A DNA stretch of 64,000 nt. Origin: Acidimicrobiia bacterium. Its GTDB lineage: Bacteria; Actinomycetota; Acidimicrobiia; Acidimicrobiales; UBA8592. The position numbers and the translations under genes were made by a program. The stretch covers positions 396 to 64,395 of the forward strand of contig CAWKYX010000001.1 of NCBI GenBank assembly GCA_963854265.1, written 5' to 3'. Positions 18,289-27,321 of the stretch are shown here, one piece after another. The notes below the pieces were generated by a model. That model saw only the letters and a program-made list of their open reading frames with translations, ran no database searches and had not been told where the DNA came from. Within the stretch, counting starts at the first letter, position 1, and each line of letters begins with the position of its first letter.

Positions 18289-18421
18289 TGTCGGAGCGCT
18301 CCCATGGCGTGAATGTTTCCTGAACATTACCCTCACGACATGATGAGTTCAGAGGAATGTTCTGGTCAGCGGATTTGCGGTGTCTCGATGAGCGCTGTGT
18401 CTCGATGAGAACGGGGCCGAG

Positions 18422-19363
18422 ATGAGTGCGACTGCGCTGTTAATTGGTGGACGCGGCTTTGTCGGATCGCGTCTGACCCCGGTGCTCGTTGAGCGTGGGT
18501 TCCGCATGGTCTGTGTCGAACCCACGGCGACCAACCTCGGCCGCCTCACGCCCTGGGCCGATCACGTCGATCTGGTGACGGGCTCGGTAGCAGACCTTGA
18601 CGCCATCGCTGAGATCGTTGGCCGAGTCAAGCCGGACTTAATTGTGAACCTCGCTTTTGCACGCGGCCTGGGAATCGCCGGCGAGCTCGATGTCATGGCG
18701 CGGGGTACCTGGAACGTGCTCGAAGCCGCGGTAGCCGGTGGTTGCCGCCGGGTGGTGCTGGCGAGTTCTGTGCGGGTCTACGGGCCTCAGCGCGCCCATG
18801 GTCTCGACACGCTGCTGAACGAAGACTCACCGGTTAAGCCGATTCTCCGGTACGGCCACTACAAGTATCTCGGTGAACAGGTGGCTGCCGACTATCGCCG
18901 CAAGCACGGGTTGGAGGCAGCGGCACTCCGCATTCCCATGGCCTACGGGCCGGGTGTGCGCGAAGGCGCCTACGGCGTCTGTGTCCCGGCGCTGGCCGCA
19001 GCAACTGGCGATTCGATGACGCTCCCCTATGACGGGGCCGCCACGTTGTGTCTGGCGCACGTGGGTGAGGTGGCTCGGGCCTTGGCTGATCTGGGCGACC
19101 CCGCTGTCGCCCCGCCCCAACATGGCGTGTATGAGCTCGGGGGCCACATGGTCACCTACAGCGAGATGGTGGAGGTCGCCGCCGCGTTGGTGGACACCCC
19201 TGTGGACGTCCGCTTTGCTCCAGAGCCACGTGCGACCGAGTACGACTTCGCGTATCGCCTCGACAACCGGCGTCTCGCCGACGAGTACGGGTTCGAGCAC
19301 CGCTCGTTGGGCGACGGCTACCAGAGCATCATCGACCACGTGCGTACTGAGGTCACGCCGTGA
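18422..19363 (+). CDS. NAD-dependent epimerase/dehydratase (extended SDR)
   Basis: LLIGGRGFVGSRL Rossmann motif and YKYLGEQ (YxxxK). Length is 313 aa. Confidence 0.8.
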   Translation: MSATALLIGGRGFVGSRLTPVLVERGFRMVCVEPTATNLGRLTPWADHVDLVTGSVADLDAIAEIVGRVKPDLIVNLAFARGLGIAGELDVMARGTWNVLEAAVAGGCRRVVLASSVRVYGPQRAHGLDTLLNEDSPVKPILRYGHYKYLGEQVAADYRRKHGLEAAALRIPMAYGPGVREGAYGVCVPALAAATGDSMTLPYDGAATLCLAHVGEVARALADLGDPAVAPPQHGVYELGGHMVTYSEMVEVAAALVDTPVDVRFAPEPRATEYDFAYRLDNRRLADEYGFEHRSLGDGYQSIIDHVRTEVTP

Positions 19364-21009
19364 TCCGCGAAATCATGGGCCATACGTTGGTCAGCGACAC
19401 ACTCGGCGGCTCCTTCGACTGGGCTGTCGCCGACCATCCCGACCGGGAGTTCGCTTGGTTCGAGGACGAGGTGTACACCTTGGCCGAGCTCGACGATATG
19501 GCTCGCCAAGTCGGCGCGGCGTTGGCCCGCGACGGTGTCGAGCCTGGCGATCGTGTCGCAGTGTTGATGTACCCATCGCCATGGCACCTGGCGGTGCTGC
19601 TGGCGTGCGCCCGCCAAGGGTTCGTGTGGTGTCCCCTCAATGTTGCGCTCGCCCGCAACGACTTGACCTACTCCCTCGACGATCTCGAACCGGCATTCTT
19701 GTTGGTCGATGACGATCTGACCGGCACGGTCGACCTCGTCGTGGCCGAGCACCAGCGTCTGCAGTCGATCCCTCAAGTCCGCTGCGCAACGCACTCAGGC
19801 AAAGGTGGCCCGAACTTCAGTGATGGGTGGCTGACCAGCGATCGATGGCAAGGCGCATGTGTCGCCTCGGCGAGTGACAGCTTTGCGATCGTCTACAGCG
19901 GTGGCACCACGGGTCGGCCAAAGGGCATCGAGATCTCGCAGTTCTACTGCCTGTCAGCGGCACTCCGTCTCAGCGAGATGGCCGACTTCGACGAACACGA
20001 AACGTTCTTTTCGGTCCTGCAGTTCTCCCATGCGTGGACACCCATCACCATCATGCCGTTCTGCCTGATCTTCGATCACACGTTCGCGTTCTGGCGCTGG
20101 TGGAGTGCAGGCCAATTCGTTGAAGCGGCACACAGCTGTGGCGCCACGATCGTCGACCCCTACGCAGGCATGGCCTCGACCCTGTTCCTGAGCCAGGACG
20201 AGTTCACTCCCGAAGCGTTCCCGGCGACGCGAGGCGTCGCGGGTTGGGGCGGCGATGAAGAAGCATCCAAACGCATTCGGCATCAGTTCGAAGATCGCTT
20301 CGGTGTGCACACACTCCAGATGTATTCGCTCACCGAGGTCGGCCCGCTGGCTTGTGTCGAGTGGGAAGGCGAGGAGCGCCGCTTCGGGTCATCGGGTAAG
20401 CCCCGTGGCTGGTACGACGTGATCATCGCTGACGACGAAGGGATGCCGCTGGCCCAGGGCGAGGTCGGCGAGATCTTGGTGCACCCGCGATTCCCCAACA
20501 TCATAGCGAAGGGCTACATCAACCGGGCCGAGGACACGCTGCAGACCTGGCGAGACCTCTGGGTGCACACCGGCGACCTGGGCTACTTCGACCCCGACGG
20601 GTACCTCTACTTCGTGGGTCGCCAAGGCCACTTCCTGCGCCGCCGCGGCGAGCTCGTGTCGGTCAGCGAAGTCGAGGCGTTGATCGCCGACCTCGACGAG
20701 GTTCGCGAGGTGGTCGTGTTTGCCGTGCCGTCGGAGATGGGCGAAGACGACATCATGGCCGTGTTGACGCTTCATCCGCCGTCGACGCTGATGCCCCAGG
20801 ACGTTGTCGATCACTGCGCCAACGAGCTGGCTGCGTTCAAGGTGCCGCTTTACGTCCGAGTGGTCGACGACATGCCCCGGAGCGCCACGAAGCAAGAAAT
20901 CGAGCGGTTCCGGCTGGTGGACTTGCCCCGCGGCGAGCCGCTGCGGGCAACCAAACCCCGCGTGGCTACCTCGAACCCGAATGCTCAAACCCAAAGGGAT
21001 GATGCTTGA
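19360..21009 (+). CDS. Acyl-CoA synthetase / AMP-dependent ligase
   Basis: VYSGGTTGRPKGI, WVHTGDLGYFDPDGYLYFVGRQGH and PRSATKQEIER. The GTG start overlaps the upstream stop (GTGA). Confidence 0.85.
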   Translation: MIREIMGHTLVSDTLGGSFDWAVADHPDREFAWFEDEVYTLAELDDMARQVGAALARDGVEPGDRVAVLMYPSPWHLAVLLACARQGFVWCPLNVALARNDLTYSLDDLEPAFLLVDDDLTGTVDLVVAEHQRLQSIPQVRCATHSGKGGPNFSDGWLTSDRWQGACVASASDSFAIVYSGGTTGRPKGIEISQFYCLSAALRLSEMADFDEHETFFSVLQFSHAWTPITIMPFCLIFDHTFAFWRWWSAGQFVEAAHSCGATIVDPYAGMASTLFLSQDEFTPEAFPATRGVAGWGGDEEASKRIRHQFEDRFGVHTLQMYSLTEVGPLACVEWEGEERRFGSSGKPRGWYDVIIADDEGMPLAQGEVGEILVHPRFPNIIAKGYINRAEDTLQTWRDLWVHTGDLGYFDPDGYLYFVGRQGHFLRRRGELVSVSEVEALIADLDEVREVVVFAVPSEMGEDDIMAVLTLHPPSTLMPQDVVDHCANELAAFKVPLYVRVVDDMPRSATKQEIERFRLVDLPRGEPLRATKPRVATSNPNAQTQRDDA

Positions 21010-22598
21010 TGCGCGCAATTACTGACCCGACGGTGGCATCGCTCATCCGAGCGACCTTTCGCCGTTACTCGTCCAAGACCGCTATCAAGACCGAGACCGG
21101 CGATGAGATCTCATTCTCCCAGTTACAGGATCGGGTGCGGAGACTCGTCAACGTTCTCACCGATGGGCATGGGCTGAAGCTCGGCGATCGCGTCGCGGTC
21201 TTGGCAGACAACCGGGCCGAGTACATCGAGCTTGACTATGCCTGCGCACTTGCCGGCCTGGTCAAAGTGCCGTTGTACATGCGCAACGCGGCCCGTGAAC
21301 ACCTGCACTTTGTCGTGGATTCGGACGCGATCGCCCTGGTCGCGGAACCCCACACGCTCGGTCCGTTGCTGGATGCCATGGACGGCGACTGGGGTCCCCT
21401 CGATGGTCGCGTGCTGTCGCTCGACGAGCCACCGGCTGACGTGCCCGGTGTCGAGAGCTACGAATCCCTTGTCGCGGCCGCATCGCCCCGCGAGACCGTG
21501 ATCGAGGTCGGGCCCGAGGACTACTACCAAATTCGCTACACCTCAGGAACGACTGGTCAACCCAAGGGTGCGGCCACCGATCACCGCGGCATGTTGGCCG
21601 CGACGCTCGGCAACGTCACGTTCCACAGTCTCGAGTGTGCGGTGGGCCCCGACGACGTCGTGGGCCATGTGATGCCGTTCAGTCACGCGTCGGCGTTCAA
21701 CCTCGCGGGGCATTCTTGGATGGGCACGACACACCTGCCTATCGCCAGATGGGACCCCGACCGCTACATGCGCCATGTCCAAGACGACGGCGTGTCGATA
21801 TCGATGATGGCGCCAACGATGATCGCAATGATGGTCAACGAGTCCGAGACGGTGGGGACCGTCGACACTTCCAACCTGCGCACCATCAGCTATGGCGGGG
21901 CACCCATTGCCGAGTCGGTGCTGGAGGGTGCGCTTGCATCGTTCGGTTCGATCTTCACCCAGGGTTACGGCAGCACAGAGACCCCCAGCATGGTGGTGTA
22001 CCTCGAGAAGCGGGATCACGTCCTTGGAAGCGAGCGTCTCCAATCCTGCGGATTGCCCTGCTCGTGGGCCGACGTCGATGTCTTCCGACCCGATGCGACG
22101 GTCTGCGATCCAGGCGAGATCGGCGAGATCTGGACCCGAAGCCCGAGTGCGCTGCGCGAGTACGTCAACAACCCCGAGGCCACCGCAGCCGCGACCGAGC
22201 ACGGCTGGTATCACAGCGGCGACATGGCGCTGCGAGACGACGAGGGCTACTTCTTCCTCAAGGACCGCAAAAACGACATGATCATCAGCGGCGGCTTCAA
22301 CATTTACCCGGCCGAGGTCGAGAACGCGCTGATGAGTCACCCCGCCGTCATCGAGTGCGCTGTCGTGCCGACCCCCGACGACCAATGGGGTGAGGTGGTG
22401 AGCGCAGTCGTGCGCTTCCGCCCGGGGATGCAGGCGTCCGCCGAAGACCTCGAGGCGCATTGCACGCAGTCGATCGGCAGCTACAAGCGGCCCCGACGCA
22501 TTGTCTTCGCCGACGAACCCCTGCCCAAGAGCGCCGTCGACAAAATGCTTCGCCGTATCGCCCGCGAGCAGTACTTCCCAACCGATGACGAAGCATGA
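21006..22598 (+). CDS. Acyl-CoA synthetase / AMP-dependent ligase
   Basis: RYTSGTTGQPKGA, GYGSTE, WYHSGDMALRDDEGYFFLKDRKND and PKSAVDKMLRR. The start is TTG 21006 or ATG 21009. Confidence 0.9.
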   Translation: MMRAITDPTVASLIRATFRRYSSKTAIKTETGDEISFSQLQDRVRRLVNVLTDGHGLKLGDRVAVLADNRAEYIELDYACALAGLVKVPLYMRNAAREHLHFVVDSDAIALVAEPHTLGPLLDAMDGDWGPLDGRVLSLDEPPADVPGVESYESLVAAASPRETVIEVGPEDYYQIRYTSGTTGQPKGAATDHRGMLAATLGNVTFHSLECAVGPDDVVGHVMPFSHASAFNLAGHSWMGTTHLPIARWDPDRYMRHVQDDGVSISMMAPTMIAMMVNESETVGTVDTSNLRTISYGGAPIAESVLEGALASFGSIFTQGYGSTETPSMVVYLEKRDHVLGSERLQSCGLPCSWADVDVFRPDATVCDPGEIGEIWTRSPSALREYVNNPEATAAATEHGWYHSGDMALRDDEGYFFLKDRKNDMIISGGFNIYPAEVENALMSHPAVIECAVVPTPDDQWGEVVSAVVRFRPGMQASAEDLEAHCTQSIGSYKRPRRIVFADEPLPKSAVDKMLRRIAREQYFPTDDEA

Positions 22599-22649
22599 GA
22601 ACGGACCGCGCCAGGCCGAAACCCGAGCGGCCCGATCAGGAGACAAACG

Positions 22650-23177
22650 ATGAACAGCAATGACGAGGCCCGCGTTCTCGCGACGACCGACAAGGACGAG
22701 ATTCGCGACGTCTTGATGCGCTACGGCAGAGGTGTCGATCGGCTCGATGAAGAGATCATCCGTTCTTGCTACCACCCCGACAGCCACGACGATCACGGCC
22801 ACTGGAAAGGCAACGGTCACGACTTTGCCGCGTTCATCATTGGATCGTTGTTGGAGCGGACTCACCACACGACCCATGCGGTGGCGAATGTGTTGATCGA
22901 ATTAGACCCCGACGATGTCGACCTCGCCCGGTCCGAGTCGGTGAGTCTCGCGCATCTCCGGCGAACTGACGAAGACGGCGTCGAGTGGCTCGACATGTTT
23001 TCTGGGCGGTATGTCGATCGTTTCGAACGTCGAGCCAGCACCTGGCGGATCGCGCGCCGCGTTGTGGTGCATGACTGGTCGGTATCCAACCGTCTCGACC
23101 AAGACGGGTTTCCCCTCCCGATGGACAGCTTTGTTCAGGGCGAACGCTCGAGAAGCGATCTGATCTACACGATCTGA
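22650..23177 (+). CDS. NTF2-fold / SnoaL_4-like protein
   Basis: The 175-aa ORF has DKDEIRDVLMRYGRGVDRLDEEIIRSCYHPD, a typical SnoaL_4 N-terminus. Confidence 0.7.
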   Translation: MNSNDEARVLATTDKDEIRDVLMRYGRGVDRLDEEIIRSCYHPDSHDDHGHWKGNGHDFAAFIIGSLLERTHHTTHAVANVLIELDPDDVDLARSESVSLAHLRRTDEDGVEWLDMFSGRYVDRFERRASTWRIARRVVVHDWSVSNRLDQDGFPLPMDSFVQGERSRSDLIYTI

Positions 23178-23266
23178 CCCCCCTGCCCGATCGAACGGTG
23201 CTGAATGAGGACGTCTGGTCCGCCGAATCGGTCTCAGAGCAGGGCCTGCCATGAGTTTGCTATACT

Positions 23267-23286
23267 AACCAAGCAAGTGCTTGGTT
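23267..23286. promoter_or_regulatory. 20-bp palindrome, candidate TetR operator
   Basis: AACCAAGCA-AG-TGCTTGGTT has 9-bp perfect arms. It lies 50 nt upstream of the LLM start, and that gene heads an operon containing the TetR gene. Confidence 0.5.
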
Positions 23287-23335
23287 GCTCGCCCTTTCGA
23301 GGCGTGAGCTCGGCACTCCTGAGATTGGAGAACGG

Positions 23336-24388
23336 ATGAAGTTTGGGATCAATAACCTGTTCGCGGGCCGCCAAGACACCGATGCCCGCCGCATCTATGG
23401 GGAGGCTCTCGACCAGATCGTGTTGGCCGAAGAGTTGGGGTTCACCTCGGTCTGGATGGCCGAACACCATTTCTCGAACTATGGGCTCCTCCCGCACATC
23501 GCTACGTTTGCCGCTGCTGCCGCAGCTCGCACGACGACCATTCGTTTGGGGACAGCGGTGTTGGTGCTCCCCTTCGGAAATCCTGTCCGGCTCGCCGAAG
23601 AGATGGCCATGGTCGATGTCTTGTCCAACGGACGACTCGAGCTGGGCGTAGGGCGGGGGTACCAGCCTCAGGAATTCTCGGCACTGGGTGTCGATCCCGA
23701 ACACTCCCAAGCCGTCTTCGACGAGTACCTCGAGATCATGCGCCGAGCGTGGTCCAACGAACGTCTGACGTTCCACGGCGAGCACTACGACATCGATGAC
23801 GTCGAGGTCCTCCCCAAGCCCGTCCAACCCGGGGGTCCGCCGGTGAGGATCGCAGCGGTCAGCCGGTCGACATACGAGCGCCTCGGAGCGCGCGGCGAAC
23901 TGTTGATGCTGTCGCCCAACTTCACGCCGGTCGAAACGGTTCGGGACAACCTGGCGTCGTACCATGCGGCGGCAGCGGCAGCGGGCCACGACCCTGCGAC
24001 GTTGCATACGCCCCCGATGATCCAGCAGGTCTACATCGACGAGTCCGACGCGGTCGCGAAGTCCGACCCCGAGCCCTATGCCATGTGGTTCTTCGGCAAG
24101 TTCTCCGAGATCCTCCCCGGGAGCGGCGGCGGCGATGTTGCCTCGCAGTACGAGGACTATCTCAAGATCCGAGCTTCTGTCGACAACGTCAGCTACGACC
24201 GCATTGTGAGTGACGGTGCCGCCTTCGGTGATCCAAAGTCGATTATTGACCGCTTCCGCATGCTCGAGGACGAACTCGGCGTCACCGAGATCGCATGCTG
24301 GTTCAACTTCGGCGATCTGCCGCACGAACGAGTCGTGTACAACATGAAGCTGTTCGCTGAAACGGTCATGCCCGAGTTCGCCACATGA
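23336..24388 (+). CDS. LLM-class flavin/F420-dependent oxidoreductase (luciferase-like monooxygenase)
   Basis: ORF 23285..24388 is trimmed to ATG 23336 (GGAGAA RBS). MKFGINNLF...LGFTSVWMAEHHFSNYG is the classic LLM N-terminus. Confidence 0.8.
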   Translation: MKFGINNLFAGRQDTDARRIYGEALDQIVLAEELGFTSVWMAEHHFSNYGLLPHIATFAAAAAARTTTIRLGTAVLVLPFGNPVRLAEEMAMVDVLSNGRLELGVGRGYQPQEFSALGVDPEHSQAVFDEYLEIMRRAWSNERLTFHGEHYDIDDVEVLPKPVQPGGPPVRIAAVSRSTYERLGARGELLMLSPNFTPVETVRDNLASYHAAAAAAGHDPATLHTPPMIQQVYIDESDAVAKSDPEPYAMWFFGKFSEILPGSGGGDVASQYEDYLKIRASVDNVSYDRIVSDGAAFGDPKSIIDRFRMLEDELGVTEIACWFNFGDLPHERVVYNMKLFAETVMPEFAT

Positions 24389-24984
24389 ATGCCACGGCCT
24401 CGACATCGACCAGACGGGACGAGATCCTCGACATTGCCGCCGTGGGGTTCGCTCGGTCTGGGTTCGACGGATGCAGCGTGCGTGAGATCGCGCGAGAGGC
24501 CCAGATTTTGTCCGGCAGCTTGTACCACCACTTCGCGTCCAAGGACGAGATGGTGGTCGAGATCATTGCGCACTATTGGGAACGTCTCTTTGGTGCCTAC
24601 GAGCAGGTGCTGGACGTCGAGGCCTCACCCGATGACACATTGACTGCGCTGGTGATGGCATCGCTCGCGGTTGCGGCGGAATGCCCCAACGAGGTACGGA
24701 TCCTCCACCAGGACTGGCACTACCTCAGCGCCGTCTTGCCCGACCTTGATGAGAACATGGGCCGCATCGAGCGCACGTTCACCGCCATTGTGGAAGCCGG
24801 GGTCGCCGAGGGGATTTTGCGCCGTGACATCGACCCGCGGATCGCCTATCGCACCATCATGGGCGCGATCTCCTGGGTGACCCGCTGGTACAACCCAGGT
24901 GGTCCGCTGTCGATGCCGGAGATCGGTGCGACCCAAGCAATGCTCTGGGTCGATGGTCTGCGGATCCACGAGGTCGCCGCATGA
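24385..24984 (+). CDS. TetR/AcrR family transcriptional regulator
   Basis: The HTH region is RRDEILDIAAVGFARSGFDGCSVREIAREAQILSGSLYHHFASKDEMV. It has an ATGA overlap with the LLM gene. Confidence 0.9.
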   Translation: MNATASTSTRRDEILDIAAVGFARSGFDGCSVREIAREAQILSGSLYHHFASKDEMVVEIIAHYWERLFGAYEQVLDVEASPDDTLTALVMASLAVAAECPNEVRILHQDWHYLSAVLPDLDENMGRIERTFTAIVEAGVAEGILRRDIDPRIAYRTIMGAISWVTRWYNPGGPLSMPEIGATQAMLWVDGLRIHEVAA

Positions 24985-25763
24985 ACCGGTTCGAAGGTCG
25001 GGTGGCGCTCGTGGTTGGCGGCGGTGCCGACGGCCCGCCGCGCACAACCGGCGAACTCGCCATGGGCAATGGGCGAGCGATAGCCATGCGACTTGCCGCT
25101 GAGGGAGCTCAGGTTGCGGTGACTGACATTGATGAAGCTGCGGCAAGCGCAACCGTGGATGCCATGGGCGGCGGCCTCGCTATCGCTGCCGATGCCGGCG
25201 ATCCCGATGCGTGCCGTAATGCCGTCAGCCAAGTCGAGGAAACCCATGGCCGTCTCGACATCGTCGTCTGCAACGTCGGTATCTCCGGATGGCACAAGCT
25301 CAAGACACAAACGCTCGACGATTGGCAGACCAGCGTCGACGTCAACGTCACGAGCAACTGGGTGACCGCGCAGGCCGCCGTCCCGGGCATGGTCGAGCGG
25401 GGGTCGGGTGCCTTCGTGTTCGTGACGTCGCTCGCGGCGCTGGCGTCGTCGGGGAACTCCTTGGCTTACGAGGCCACGAAGTCCGCGCAGCTGGGCATCA
25501 TGCGTCATGTTGCTGTGCGTTATGCGTCGCGAGGCATCCGCTCGAACGCTCTGGTGTTGGGAGTCATCGACTCCACGATGGTCCGTAAAGCATTCGGCAA
25601 CGACGACGAGCGCCATGACGGTCGTGACCGGATGGCACCGATTGGACGCCAAGGTCGCCCCGACGAGGTTGCGGGGGCAGCGGCATTCTTGGCATCGGAT
25701 GATGCAAGCTATGTGACAGGATCCACGCTCACCGTCGACGGAGGACTCAGAGCTTCGCTATGA
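24981..25763 (+). CDS. Short-chain dehydrogenase/reductase
   Basis: VGGGADG...GRAIA cofactor region, NVG, YEATKSA (YxxxK) and VDGG near the C-terminus. It has an ATGA overlap upstream. Confidence 0.85.
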   Translation: MNRFEGRVALVVGGGADGPPRTTGELAMGNGRAIAMRLAAEGAQVAVTDIDEAAASATVDAMGGGLAIAADAGDPDACRNAVSQVEETHGRLDIVVCNVGISGWHKLKTQTLDDWQTSVDVNVTSNWVTAQAAVPGMVERGSGAFVFVTSLAALASSGNSLAYEATKSAQLGIMRHVAVRYASRGIRSNALVLGVIDSTMVRKAFGNDDERHDGRDRMAPIGRQGRPDEVAGAAAFLASDDASYVTGSTLTVDGGLRASL

Positions 25764-25773
25764 ACACGTCACT

Positions 25774-27012
25774 ATGAACACAGTTGCTGACGAGCCCGCG
25801 AGCGGGCCTCCACGATGGCTCGAAGGTGTTGTTGTGCTCGACCTCACCCGCTATGTGGCGGGTCCAGTGTGTACGCGCCTGTTGGTCGAGATGGGCGCCG
25901 ACGTGATCAAGGTCGAGCACCCGCCCTACGGCGACCCGAATCGATCCAGTCGGCCACGGATCAATCGCCGATCCGGCGCGCACATTCAACAGAACCGCGG
26001 AAAGCGGAGCCTCTGTATCGACATCAACACCGATGCTGGAGCGGCGCTGATCCGCGACCTCGCCGCTCATGTTGACGTCGTTGTCGAGAACTTCAGCCCG
26101 GGCGTCATGGACCGGAAAGGTCTCGGCTACGGCGCGCTGTCGGCTATCAATCCCGATCTCGTGATGGCTTCGATCTCGGGGTTTGGTCAGACGGGGACGC
26201 TCGCCGCGCAGCCATGTTTCGATCTGGTGGCGCAAGGTTACGCAGGCATCATGCACATGACCGGTGACCCGGATGGACCGCCGACCTTCGCTGGCATTGC
26301 CGTTGCTGACAACAACGCAGGTGTCCATGCCTTCGCGGCGATTGGTCACGCGTTGTTTCATCGCGAACGCACCGGCGAAGGGACCCACCTCGACATTGCA
26401 ATGGTCGATTCGCTCTTCCACTTCCAGGAGGAAGCGATCCACGCAGCCTCGATGGATCCGGAATTCGTCGCGATGCGCTCGGGCCGCGAGCACCCGTCGA
26501 TAGCGCCGGCCGGAACGTTCCGTGCGCCCGACGGATGGGTGACGATTCTGTGCACCGAAGCGCAGGTGCGAAACCTGTGGGCGGCGATGGGGCAGCCCGA
26601 GCTGGTTGATGATCCACGTTTTGACACCAATCCGCACCGAACTGCGCATCGTCGCGAGATTCGTGTCTTGATCGAACGCTGGATGGCGACATTCGATACC
26701 TACGACGAGGTGTTGGCCGCACTGGCCGCATCGCGCGTTCCGTCGGGGCCGGTCCTGGCCCCCGGTGACGCGCTGACGCACCCGCACTTCGTCGAGCGGG
26801 GACTCGTGCGTACTGTCGAGGACCCGCTTGCCGGCTCGGTCGTCCTCCCCGCCTTCCCCTTCCGGAGCACGTCGCCGCTGCCGCCCGACGACTATGAGAC
26901 AGCGGCTCTTGGCGAGCACAACGCCGAGGTGCTGGTCGAGATCCTCGGCCTAAGCCAAGAGCGGGTCGCGCAGTTGGCAGCCGATGGCGTTCTGGCGAGC
27001 AAGGGCCACTAA
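25774..27012 (+). CDS. Family III CoA-transferase (CaiB/BaiF-type)
   Basis: VLDLTRYVAGPVCTRLLVEMGADVIKVE, ENFSPGVMDRKGLGY and SGFGQTG...DLVAQGYAGIMHMTG. It is a paralogue of 40711..41925. Confidence 0.85.
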   Translation: MNTVADEPASGPPRWLEGVVVLDLTRYVAGPVCTRLLVEMGADVIKVEHPPYGDPNRSSRPRINRRSGAHIQQNRGKRSLCIDINTDAGAALIRDLAAHVDVVVENFSPGVMDRKGLGYGALSAINPDLVMASISGFGQTGTLAAQPCFDLVAQGYAGIMHMTGDPDGPPTFAGIAVADNNAGVHAFAAIGHALFHRERTGEGTHLDIAMVDSLFHFQEEAIHAASMDPEFVAMRSGREHPSIAPAGTFRAPDGWVTILCTEAQVRNLWAAMGQPELVDDPRFDTNPHRTAHRREIRVLIERWMATFDTYDEVLAALAASRVPSGPVLAPGDALTHPHFVERGLVRTVEDPLAGSVVLPAFPFRSTSPLPPDDYETAALGEHNAEVLVEILGLSQERVAQLAADGVLASKGH

Positions 27013-27321
27013 TGCCGAGAGGGCCCCAGGGGCCCGTAATGCACCCCGGGACCCAGCCGGAATCCGCCGCCGAGCAGAGGTGCTGAGCCACAACTTGACC
27101 TGACGCACCACCGGTGTCAGGAAGTATGGGCCGACGACGGTGGCGCATGTGTGCCAACTTCGGGACCGGCATGGCCGATCGCTGCGAGGTTGCCCGCACT
27201 TCCACTCTGCACGCTGTTGACGGCAGCGGCCAACACCGCCAGACCCAGCGGCAGGGCCGCCCGGCCCGACCGATCGACGGTATGGTATGACGGTCAGTCC
27301 ACGTGAGTGAAGGGGTGTCAG

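Noticed and set aside
22595-22663. An ATG overlaps the ligase stop (gcATGAga at 22595..22598). I considered it as a fifth mini-ORF relay towards the SnoaL_4 gene at 22650.
   Set aside because: The distance to ATG 22650 is 55 nt, which is 1 mod 3, so the small ORF runs past the downstream start and stops at 22661..22663. There is no duplication in the spacer. It is probably a chance ATGA produced by a codon ending in A followed by TGA.
27013-27321. The 309-bp gap after the first CoA-transferase, considered as a possible small gene or ncRNA.
   Set aside because: It contains only short hairpins (GGGCC-CCAGG-GGCCC at 27021..27035 and CCTGACGC...GTGTCAGG at about 27097..27122). These are consistent with termination. 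There is no protein-like ORF and no motif I recognise, so the gap is left unannotated.
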